Part shown: positions 16,986 through 24,793 of the stretch, one piece after another | Layout of the letters: each line of letters starts with the position of its first letter | Position numbering within the stretch: the stretch's first letter is position 1 | Source of the DNA: Candidatus Peregrinibacteria bacterium | GTDB taxonomy: Bacteria > Patescibacteriota > Gracilibacteria > Peribacterales > Peribacteraceae | Length of the DNA: 50,737 nt | Direction: 5' to 3' | Assembly (NCBI GenBank): GCA_016196295.1 | Contig: JACPYA010000041.1 | Location: 1 to 50,737, forward strand | Made by a program: the position numbers and the translations under genes | Notes under the pieces: model-generated | Databases searched by the model: none | What the model was told of the DNA's origin: nothing | The model's input: the letters and a program-made list of their open reading frames with translations, nothing else

Positions 16986-17321
16986 TCACTGAGGCGCGCT
17001 GCCCTGCCATCCCACCGCGTCGAGACAGCCTTCTCTCTTGAACTGCGAGAGCGCCAGACACTGATTGTAGAGCCATTCTTCGTCTTTCGACGGATCATAG
17101 TCATCCGCAAGCTGCAGCCCGAAGGAATAGCCCTCCTCATACTGGGCGTAGGCGATATCACACTGCTCGTCGGTCTCGAACCGCTCGCAATCGAAATACT
17201 CGCCGTCCGGCACGTCCTCCCCGAGCACGACGTCGTCCAGGCGACTGTAATCGACGACGGAACCTTGGCATGCGCCGAGGATCACGGAGAGACCGCACAG
17301 TGTACAGGAGAGTTTGCGCAT
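16986..17321 (-). CDS. Small acidic lipoprotein, unknown function
   Basis: 111 aa with the signal and lipobox MRKLSCTLCGLSVILGAC. Confidence 0.55.
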   Translation of the reverse strand: MRKLSCTLCGLSVILGACQGSVVDYSRLDDVVLGEDVPDGEYFDCERFETDEQCDIAYAQYEEGYSFGLQLADDYDPSKDEEWLYNQCLALSQFKREGCLDAVGWQGSAPQ

Positions 17322-17376
17322 GGGGGGACTCTAGGAAGAAATGTCTCCGTATTCAAGCACGGTGACCTCGCTTCGT

Positions 17377-18969
17377 TCAAGGAACTATGTCCTGAATCTT
17401 CCGATCCGCCTCCCGGAGGACCTCCTCTTTCTTCTCCTGCGCTTTCTTCTTCGCTTCATCGATCCGATGTTGAATGTCACTCTGTCGTACGCTTCTCTCC
17501 GCCGCAGTCAGGATCGACCGTGCTTCCGCGATCAGTTTAGACGCGGCTTTTGAGAGGTCTTGAGACTCACCAAACAGGGAGGCATCGAGTTTGATCCTGG
17601 CTTCTGCAAGTTTGGCCTTGGCGTCATTCAGTTTCGCTTCCGCATCTGCGCTGCTGCCGACGCGTGCAAAGAGCGCCCAGGCATCATCGATTTTCTTCTG
17701 CGCGTGCTTCAGCTGCGCGGATGCCGCGCCCTGGCTGCGCTCTTTCTTGTTGCCCTCGGCTCCGAGTTTCTGTTCGATGTTCATGAAGAGCTGCGCCTCC
17801 TCGATGTTCCTCAGCGACTGCTTGCGGAGCGTATCTGCCTCGCCGCTCGAGCCCGTCCGCAGCTTGATGCGTGCTTCCGCGAGAGCGGACTCGGCCTCGA
17901 CGATCTTCGCTTCGGATTGCAGCGAGACGGATGCGCCGTTCTTCCTCGATTCGATCGATGACCGCACGGCCGCGATGCGGGAATGCGCCTCGTCGATCTT
18001 CGCCTCCGCTTTGTGGTCGGTGACGATGGCCCGCGCGATGATCGAGGACGACGCCCCTTCGTCGGCCACCGTCTCCTGTTTCAGAGCAACGGTTGCGGAG
18101 GCCTCGCCATTGGCGGCGTCCATGGCGACCGCGGCGATCGCAATACCGCCATCTGTCTCCCGCATATCGGCGACGGTCCGCACGCCCTTGAGAAGCACGG
18201 CGATTTCACGCCGTGCTCCCTGGCGAGAGTGGGCAACCTTCTGGAGGACGAAGTCATGCGCCAGGAGCGACGTGTTCAGGTGTTCATCGATCTCCGATGC
18301 AATCTCCACCTGACCGCTCTCCTGCAGCCGTTCAATCTGCCGACGGACGTTCGCCGAGTGTTTCTCCATTTGGCTCGTCAGGAACGCCGCATGTTCGGGG
18401 CTCAGACGCGTCTCGAGTGCCAGTACCTCTGCTTCTTCCAACCGCTTCTGCGCACGCGCCGACTCGACGCGCGCCTTCGCCTCTGGCGAGAACGCAAACG
18501 TCGATCGCATGGACTCATTGACGTAAATCTTCATGGGATACAGCGTGTCACCGGGCAGAGCCGACTGTGCCGCGTACGAGGCGGTTCCTCCGAGACCGAG
18601 CACGAGGATCAGCACGGAAGCCATCATGGGCATCAGGCGGACCTGTGCAAACAGATCAACAATGGACCAGGACGTCTGCCGGCTCTCCGAACCAACATAC
18701 GGATAATCCTTCATGAACTTTTGAATCGAACGAAAAACGGCCGACTTTTCTCCCGGGCTGAGGCGAACCGCATGTCGCGCTTGGCCGGCAAAGTGCTGGT
18801 CGGACTTGCTCATCTGCATGGTGTGACGGGCAGGTTCCGCGTTTCTTACAGCTCCGGCTATCCCAAGAGACAAAAGCGGAAGGAAGGCTGCAAAGAGCTG
18901 CCCGCGCTCAGCAGGACTGAGGGCCACCTCCCGCGCCATGCCGAAGAACGACTCGAGATCCCTATCCAT
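17377..18969 (-). CDS. Long alpha-helical membrane protein downstream of the ECF sigma factor (DUF5667-like; putative anti-sigma or sigma-associated)
   Basis: 530 aa with one TM helix near residue 120 and an Ala/Glu/Lys-rich helical ectodomain. Its start overlaps the sigma gene stop by 8 nt. Confidence 0.55.
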   Translation of the reverse strand: MDRDLESFFGMAREVALSPAERGQLFAAFLPLLSLGIAGAVRNAEPARHTMQMSKSDQHFAGQARHAVRLSPGEKSAVFRSIQKFMKDYPYVGSESRQTSWSIVDLFAQVRLMPMMASVLILVLGLGGTASYAAQSALPGDTLYPMKIYVNESMRSTFAFSPEAKARVESARAQKRLEEAEVLALETRLSPEHAAFLTSQMEKHSANVRRQIERLQESGQVEIASEIDEHLNTSLLAHDFVLQKVAHSRQGARREIAVLLKGVRTVADMRETDGGIAIAAVAMDAANGEASATVALKQETVADEGASSSIIARAIVTDHKAEAKIDEAHSRIAAVRSSIESRKNGASVSLQSEAKIVEAESALAEARIKLRTGSSGEADTLRKQSLRNIEEAQLFMNIEQKLGAEGNKKERSQGAASAQLKHAQKKIDDAWALFARVGSSADAEAKLNDAKAKLAEARIKLDASLFGESQDLSKAASKLIAEARSILTAAERSVRQSDIQHRIDEAKKKAQEKKEEVLREADRKIQDIVP

Positions 18970-19471
18970 TTTTCAGGTGGGTACGCAGCTGCTGGAGGCC
19001 CCGGTGGAGGCGCACGGAAATGACATTCGTGGACTCTCCCGTGAGCTCGGCGATCTCCGACGGCGAGAGGCCGTCTACGTGACGCATGATGAGGACATCG
19101 CGGTACGACTGCTCGATCTTGTGAAACGTCGAGAGCACCTTCCACTGATCGACTTTCGTTTTCATCTCCGCCGCACCGTCGAACCCCGGCTCGAACCCCG
19201 CCTCCAGGAGCGAATCGAGCGACACTTCCTTCTTCTTGCGCACCTCGTCGATCACCAAGTTGTTTGCAACCTTGTAGAGGAAGGCGCGGATATTATCGAC
19301 TTTTTCTCCTTTGCGCAGGTACTCCCACGTCTTCATGAACGTCTCCTGCATCAGCTCCTTCGCCCGATCGCGATTGAACACGCGGAAGTAGCAGTGCCGG
19401 AAGATCGCATCCGCATACTCTTCGTACGCGGCGGTGAACAGTTCCGATGGATCCTCGTTTCCAGAGACCAT
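18962..19471 (-). CDS. ECF-type RNA polymerase sigma-70 family factor
   Basis: The ATG at 19471 gives 169 aa. Region 2 is FRHCYFRV...AKELMQETFMKTW and region 4 is YRDVLIMRHVDGLSPSEIAELTGESTNVISVRLHRG. Confidence 0.85.
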   Translation of the reverse strand: MVSGNEDPSELFTAAYEEYADAIFRHCYFRVFNRDRAKELMQETFMKTWEYLRKGEKVDNIRAFLYKVANNLVIDEVRKKKEVSLDSLLEAGFEPGFDGAAEMKTKVDQWKVLSTFHKIEQSYRDVLIMRHVDGLSPSEIAELTGESTNVISVRLHRGLQQLRTHLKNG

Positions 19472-19779
19472 AGGGGCGAACGTGAGAAAGGGTCCGCAGA
19501 GTATCATAGGAAGCTTCTTCTCACACGGTCTCTCTTCATGAAAACGTAGATCCCGTCGAGCGGGACCCATGTCGCTCACGATGCGTGTATCATCAGATAT
19601 TGGCGAATGCGAGTGCCGTGGCGAAGCCAAGAGCCAATGCGAGAACGAGCGATGAAGCGATGAGAATGCCCTGTACGGACGGTGGGATCCCCAGGTGCTC
19701 CTGCCGGTGATGGGTCAAAATGGAGGGAGCCATACGGATGCTATGACGCGGATGGGAAGGGGAAATTACATGGTCAAAA

Positions 19780-19851
19780 GGGACGACAAAGATGCCAAGG
19801 ACGACAACGAGCGGCTTCCTTGTCGTCTTTGTACTCTTTGTCGTCTTACCC
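19780..19851 (-). terminator. Long simple-repeat hairpin just after the M23 peptidase stop codon (possible terminator)
   Basis: The arms are built from GACGACAA(A/G) units: GACGACAAAG...GACGACAA, a 12-nt loop, then TTGTCGTC...TTTGTCGTC. On the minus strand the hairpin is followed by CCCTTTTG. Confidence 0.35.
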
Positions 19852-20382
19852 TCGTGCAATATTTTTTAGATACTGCGTATCCGAAAAAGTCATCGAAAGA
19901 TACTCCTGGGCGGTATCGGCATATTCCGCATCGTAATGTAAATCCTGGTCGAGCCAGAGTCTCGTAAATTCGGTCACGTCTACTGCTCCGTCGTAGCCAT
20001 TGTCTTTGTTCTGCACGACGCCGCTCTTGAGGATCTTGTACGTCCAGTGCAGGTGCGGGCCGGTCGCGTGGCCGGTCTTGCCGCTCTCGCCGACGGGATC
20101 GCCCTGATAGATGTTCTGTCCCGTCGTGACGGTCGTCTTCGACAGGTGCGCAAGGAGGCTCCTGCGCTTGCCATCGTCAATCGTCACGGAGAGGCCGTAC
20201 CCCGCAATGCCCTCATCTTTCACCGTCGCGATGCCATCGTGGGGCGCATAGACGATCGTTCCTTCCGGAATGCCAAAATCAATCCCATTGTGACCCGCAA
20301 GTCCGAAGGGCAGATAGAGATCCGGGTTCTGTCCGAACCCTTGGGTAATGAGCGGCGCGCCGGGGATGGGTGAGAAAATCAT
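19846..20382 (-). CDS. M23-family metallopeptidase
   Basis: 178 aa with HNGIDFG, a GxxGxSTGPHLH-like motif (GKTGHATGPHLHW) and the LAHL motif. Confidence 0.85.
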   Translation of the reverse strand: MIFSPIPGAPLITQGFGQNPDLYLPFGLAGHNGIDFGIPEGTIVYAPHDGIATVKDEGIAGYGLSVTIDDGKRRSLLAHLSKTTVTTGQNIYQGDPVGESGKTGHATGPHLHWTYKILKSGVVQNKDNGYDGAVDVTEFTRLWLDQDLHYDAEYADTAQEYLSMTFSDTQYLKNIARG

Positions 20383-20395
20383 AGGGAAAAGGAGG

Positions 20396-20495
20396 CGGTT
20401 TTTGGTTTATGGTTTTTTGTTTTTCGTTCGGCAGATATACGAATGAAATCGCGTGTTCTCGGAAAACGAAAAACCAAAAACGAATCAACGAAAAA
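20396..20495 (-). repeat. ORF-less simple-repeat hairpin between gnd and the M23 peptidase gene
   Basis: The plus-strand arms are GGTTTTTGGTTTATGGTTTTTTGTTTTTCGTT and AACGAAAAACCAAAAACGAATCAACGAAAAAC, with a loop of about 30 nt. The architecture matches the arms around the four-helix-bundle genes. Confidence 0.6.
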
Positions 20496-20498
20496 CAT

Positions 20499-21944
20499 TC
20501 ATTGCCATTTTGTATGAAATGAACCCGGTTTGTCCAATCGTTCATACGTGTGTGCACCAAAGTAATCGCGCTGCGCCTGCGTGAGATTTTGCGGCAGCCA
20601 AGCGGTGCGGTAGGCATCGAAGTAGGTGAGGGATGCGGCCAGCGCCGGGAGCGGGATGGCATGGAGCGCGCCGAGTGCGACGACTCTGCGCCACTGTAAC
20701 TGCCGTTCATCACTGAATCGATCTCGAATCTCCTTCGAGGCCTTCTCATCTCCTTTGAAAGATTCCTGAAAGATGGACAGCACATCGCTCCGGATGATGC
20801 ATCCTCCACGCCAGATTCGTGCGACCTCACTCACGTTCAGACTCCATTTTTCTTCGGCGCTGGGAACGAACAGCAGTTGAAAGCCTTGCGCGTAGGTATT
20901 CAGGACGGAAAGTTCGAGCGCGGCGCGAACCATTTCGATGAGCACTTTTTTGTCGTAGGACACGGAGGTATCCTTCGTAAGATTGGCATGTTTGCTCATC
21001 TGCATGCGGAAATCTCGACCTCCGGAGACGATGCGCGCATCGACCGCCGCGGTGATCGTCGGCACCGCGACGCCGTAGTGCATCGCGGCATCCGTGGTCC
21101 ACTTTCCAGTCCCCTTCTGACCGGCGGCATCCTTGATAACATCGATGAGGTCCTTCTTCGTGTCGGGATCTTTCTCGCGCATCACCTTTGCGGCGATCTC
21201 GACGAGGAAGGAATGCAAGTATCCCCCATTCCATGTTTCAAATGCCTGCGCGATGTCAGCGTTCGTCATGTTTCCCTCCACTTTGAGGAGGTGATACGCC
21301 TCCGCAAGGAGCTGCATGATCCCATACTCGATCCCGTTATGGACCATCTTCACGAAATGCCCTACGCCTCCTTTGCCGAGATACGTGACACACTTTCCTT
21401 TCGCGCCGCCTGTGGTGCCCGTCTCGGCGCGGCCGAGCCGCGACGGAAGCAAAGTCGAACCATCGTCGGCAGCCATCTTTTTGAGGAGGGGTTCAAGCAC
21501 AGCGTACGCCTCCTTCGATCCGCCCGGCATCATGCTTGGACCCTTCAGCGCCCCCTCTTCTCCACCGCTCACGCCGAGCCCGATCAGGTGAATCCCCTTC
21601 TCCAAAAGCTGCGCCTCGCGTTTCTCCGTATCCCTATAATGGCTGTTGCCGGCGTCGATCACGATATCTCCCTTCTGAAGATGGGGAAGCAATTCCTTCA
21701 GCACCTGATCGACCGCTTCGCCCGCTTTGACCATCAAAAGAATCGGGCGAGGAGGTTTGAGCGCTTTCGCAAGCTCCGCGTAGGTTTTACAGGCGACGAA
21801 GACCCCTTCCTTTCCGTGCTCTTCGATAAATGCATCAAGTTTTTCTTTCGTGCGATTGTACACGGCAACCGTTGCTCCATTGCGGGCGGCATTGCGGGCA
21901 AGGTTTGCCCCCATTGTGCCGAGGCCGATCAATCCTAGTTGCAT
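20499..21944 (-). CDS. gnd: 6-phosphogluconate dehydrogenase (decarboxylating)
   Basis: 481 aa with GLIGLGTMGANLARN, GVSGGEEGA and a conserved C-terminal dimerisation domain. Confidence 0.95.
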   Translation of the reverse strand: MQLGLIGLGTMGANLARNAARNGATVAVYNRTKEKLDAFIEEHGKEGVFVACKTYAELAKALKPPRPILLMVKAGEAVDQVLKELLPHLQKGDIVIDAGNSHYRDTEKREAQLLEKGIHLIGLGVSGGEEGALKGPSMMPGGSKEAYAVLEPLLKKMAADDGSTLLPSRLGRAETGTTGGAKGKCVTYLGKGGVGHFVKMVHNGIEYGIMQLLAEAYHLLKVEGNMTNADIAQAFETWNGGYLHSFLVEIAAKVMREKDPDTKKDLIDVIKDAAGQKGTGKWTTDAAMHYGVAVPTITAAVDARIVSGGRDFRMQMSKHANLTKDTSVSYDKKVLIEMVRAALELSVLNTYAQGFQLLFVPSAEEKWSLNVSEVARIWRGGCIIRSDVLSIFQESFKGDEKASKEIRDRFSDERQLQWRRVVALGALHAIPLPALAASLTYFDAYRTAWLPQNLTQAQRDYFGAHTYERLDKPGSFHTKWQ

Positions 21945-22375
21945 GATATGTTGGTAGCTTGGTAGCTTGGTAGCGGGGTAGCTGGTTTGGAAGTTCCGAT
22001 GCGATTTGGTTTTGTATGTTCATGTAAATAACGCATTAATTTTGCTAGTTGTGCTCCGATTTTTTTGGTCATCGCTGAAGCCTCTTCAAATTCCTTTTCT
22101 AAGACATACCCATCGTCCAGACCGGGATACAGCAGAGATCGAACCTCTGCAGCTGAGCGCTTTGCATAACCGAGAAACATAATGAATTCTGGATTCGTGG
22201 TCGCATCGTTCCCCTCTGCAATATTCGCCATTATGGAAACCGTAGCTCTGCTAATTTGATCGGCCCAAGCCCAATCTTTTTTTGCAACCGCCCTTTTCGT
22301 AAATTTTCGAACCAGTCGCATTAAGCTGCGAGCTTCTTTCCACGCCTCTATGTCTTCAAAGGATGCGAATGCCAT
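21935..22375 (-). CDS. Four-helix-bundle protein (23S rRNA IVS protein family)
   Basis: 146 aa: SFEDIEAWKEARSL...ADQISRATVSIMANIAEGNDATTNPEFIMFLGYAKRSAAEVRSLL. Confidence 0.9.
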   Translation of the reverse strand: MAFASFEDIEAWKEARSLMRLVRKFTKRAVAKKDWAWADQISRATVSIMANIAEGNDATTNPEFIMFLGYAKRSAAEVRSLLYPGLDDGYVLEKEFEEASAMTKKIGAQLAKLMRYLHEHTKPNRIGTSKPATPLPSYQATNISCN

Positions 22376-22425
22376 AAAAAAAAATTAACGAGCTACCAAG
22401 CTACCAATGCTACCCAGCTACCTTC
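21945..22425 (-). mobile_element. IVS-like hairpin element carrying a four-helix-bundle gene, inserted between tal and gnd
   Basis: The arms are (GGTAGCT)n at 21950-21990 on the plus strand and (AGCTACC)n at 22390-22425. In gene orientation the G/T-rich arm is at the 5' side, as at 7103. Confidence 0.7.
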
Positions 22426-23051
22426 TTCCAGTCATCCAAGAACCTCTTCAACCCGACATCCGTCAGCGCATGCTGCGGCAATTTCTTGAAGACATCGACC
22501 GGCACGGTGCAGATGTGTGCGCCGAGTTTGGCTGCATCGACGATGTGACGCGGATGACGCGTGGACGCGACGAGCACCTCACAATCGAAATCGTACTGGA
22601 GCCAGATCTGCATGATCTCTCCGATGAGCGCCATGCCGTTTTCCCCGATGTCATCGAGACGGCCGATGAACGGGCTGATGATGTTCGCCCCTGCTTTCGC
22701 CGCGAGGACCGCTTGTGCTGCGGAGAAAATCAAGGTCGTATTGGTGCGGATTCCCTTTGAACGGAAGTAATGCAGTGCCTTGAGCCCTTCCGTCGTCATC
22801 GGCACTTTCACGACCACGTGCTTATGCCAGCTCGCGTATTCTTCGCCCTGCTTCTTCATCCCTGCGAAATCCGTCGCCGTCACCTGCGCGCTGACGCACG
22901 GAACGTGCTTGCACATCTCGATGACCGTCTTCTTAAAATCTTTTCCTTCCTTGGCGACGAGGGACGGATTGGTCGTAACGCCGTCGAGCACTCCCCAGGA
23001 AGCGATCTCCGCTACACTTTCGACATTGGCAGTGTCTAGGAATAATTTCAT
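22410..23051 (-). CDS. tal: Transaldolase, short (fructose-6-phosphate aldolase-like) type
   Basis: 213 aa with MKLFLDTANV, GVTTNPSL, VVKVP and ISPFIGRLDD. Confidence 0.95.
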   Translation of the reverse strand: MKLFLDTANVESVAEIASWGVLDGVTTNPSLVAKEGKDFKKTVIEMCKHVPCVSAQVTATDFAGMKKQGEEYASWHKHVVVKVPMTTEGLKALHYFRSKGIRTNTTLIFSAAQAVLAAKAGANIISPFIGRLDDIGENGMALIGEIMQIWLQYDFDCEVLVASTRHPRHIVDAAKLGAHICTVPVDVFKKLPQHALTDVGLKRFLDDWKKVAG

Positions 23052-23182
23052 AAAGTATGGTAATGGAATGCCGCCTGCCCCGCACTTATCGGAGCGAAGC
23101 GAAGATATGGTGCGGGGTATCTAAGAATAATTTCATAGAAAGACGCGTAAAGCTCTGCCATACTACTCGTCTTACACTGCGT

Positions 23183-23938
23183 ATGCGATCCCGATTTTTT
23201 CTCTCCATCGGCATGCTCTCGGTTCTGCTCTTCGCGTGCGAGCGCCCCCCGGAAGTGGTCTTCGAATCCCCTTCACGAAGCTCATCCTCGGCTTCTTCGC
23301 AGCGCCTGGAGGTGAACGCAGAAGCATCGTCGAATGCATCCTTTATACAGCAGCAGATGGATCCTGTGACCATTCCCGGAAGCGTTTTGATCAAGATGGT
23401 CTTTGCACCGCAGGCCCCTCACGCAAACTGGGATGAGCCGTACCAGGAAGCGTGCGAGGAAGCTTCCCTCATTATCGTCCATCACTACCTCACGGGCGCT
23501 CCCCTCTCGCGAGAGGATGCCGACCGGGAGATCCTCGCGATGGTCGCGTGGGAGAATGAACATTTCGGAGGGTACGAAGACACGACGGCCGCGCAAGTAA
23601 AACAAATCGCCGAGGAGCATCTCGGCCGCTCCGCGGAGGTCACGTACGATCCGACGATCGAAGACATCAAGCAGCAGCTCGCGCGCGGCAATCCCGTGAT
23701 CGTTCCGGCCGCGGGGCGCGACCTGGGCAATCCCTACTTCAGCGGCGAGGGCCCGTGGTACCACATGCTCGTCATCGTCGGCTATGACGAAGATGAATTC
23801 GTCACGCACGACGTCGGCACGCGGCGCGGCGAAAACTACCGGTACGGCCAACAGGTCCTCTACGATGCCATCCACGACTGGACCGGCGTGAAGGAAGAGA
23901 TTCGCAGCGGCAGGAAAGCGATGATTGTCCTCAGGTAG
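23183..23938 (+). CDS. Secreted C39-like (papain-fold) peptidase domain protein
   Basis: The ATG at 23183 gives a lipoprotein-like signal (LSVLLFAC). APQAPHANWDEPYQEACEEASLII and the later H/D residues resemble the Peptidase_C39_2 family. Confidence 0.6.
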   Translation: MRSRFFLSIGMLSVLLFACERPPEVVFESPSRSSSSASSQRLEVNAEASSNASFIQQQMDPVTIPGSVLIKMVFAPQAPHANWDEPYQEACEEASLIIVHHYLTGAPLSREDADREILAMVAWENEHFGGYEDTTAAQVKQIAEEHLGRSAEVTYDPTIEDIKQQLARGNPVIVPAAGRDLGNPYFSGEGPWYHMLVIVGYDEDEFVTHDVGTRRGENYRYGQQVLYDAIHDWTGVKEEIRSGRKAMIVLR

Positions 23939-24212
23939 ACCCGAGGCGCGTATTGAGTTTCTGAATTTCTTGCTGTTTCATGCGGAGCTCCGCTGCTCGC
24001 TGACGGACTTCCTTCTCCATTTCTTGAGCCGCTTGCAATTCTTTTTGCGCGAGAGCCGCTCGCTTGCGCGCCTCTTCCTGCTCTTTGAGATGGAGCTTTT
24101 GCTCCAGATCCCTGGATTTACGGTCTGCCTCTGTGATTTTGCGCGATGCACGAATACTGCGCCGTGCCGCTTCTTTGAGTGTGACCATGCCTTGTATGAC
24201 GTCACACCTCAT
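23931..24212 (-). CDS. Hypothetical coiled-coil protein
   Basis: A 93-aa ORF, Lys/Glu/Gln-rich and heptad-like, with no recognisable family. Confidence 0.35.
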   Translation of the reverse strand: MRCDVIQGMVTLKEAARRSIRASRKITEADRKSRDLEQKLHLKEQEEARKRAALAQKELQAAQEMEKEVRQRAAELRMKQQEIQKLNTRLGST

Positions 24213-24218
24213 CCGGAC

Positions 24219-24602
24219 TTACATATCTTTTTTCTGTGCAAAGAGACCAAAGGTTGCTTTTTGTGTTGCCGTAAGCCCCGCATAAAATTCTTCGTATGCT
24301 CTTCGTGTTTCTTCATCTGCGCCTTCCAAGTAATCGTCAAGGAGATCCTCGCCTGTCTGTTGGATCGAGAGCCCGTGTCTTCGTGCCGCCGTCTCATTGA
24401 CGAACAACGTATCCCCGGTACCCTGTTCCTCCGTATGATGTGTCGTATCGGCGTCAATCGTCTCTTCATCCTCGATCATTTTTTGCAGGCACCGCTGAAA
24501 TGCCTGTTGCAGACAGAGTCGATTGATCTTCATTGTCCCCTGCCCATCGAAGGGACTGCCGGCAGCCGGAAGCATCTCGAAGTGATCCGATAGTGCGACC
24601 AT
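24219..24602 (-). CDS. Hypothetical acidic protein
   Basis: A 127-aa ORF lying 6 nt upstream of the previous ORF, with no recognisable family. Confidence 0.35.
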   Translation of the reverse strand: MVALSDHFEMLPAAGSPFDGQGTMKINRLCLQQAFQRCLQKMIEDEETIDADTTHHTEEQGTGDTLFVNETAARRHGLSIQQTGEDLLDDYLEGADEETRRAYEEFYAGLTATQKATFGLFAQKKDM

Positions 24603-24793
24603 AAGTTGGCGGCATTATTGGCATTCGCGCCTCTATGTCAATTTGATCGTTTGCTTGAGCTGAGAATCCTTCATCCCTACACTCAAAATGACCGCAGGCG
24701 GGAATGCCTGCCGCTCCCCTTTCATCCATGCCCCGTTCCAGACCTCCGAAAGAAACACTCATCGGGAAAGATCCGTCCATTGTTCCCCTTTCG

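Noticed and set aside
19593-19859. 88-aa ORF between the sigma factor and M23 peptidase genes
   Set aside because: It overlaps the simple-repeat hairpin and the M23 stop. It has only a weak hydrophobic tail and no supporting signal, so I treated the region as non-coding spacer and hairpin.
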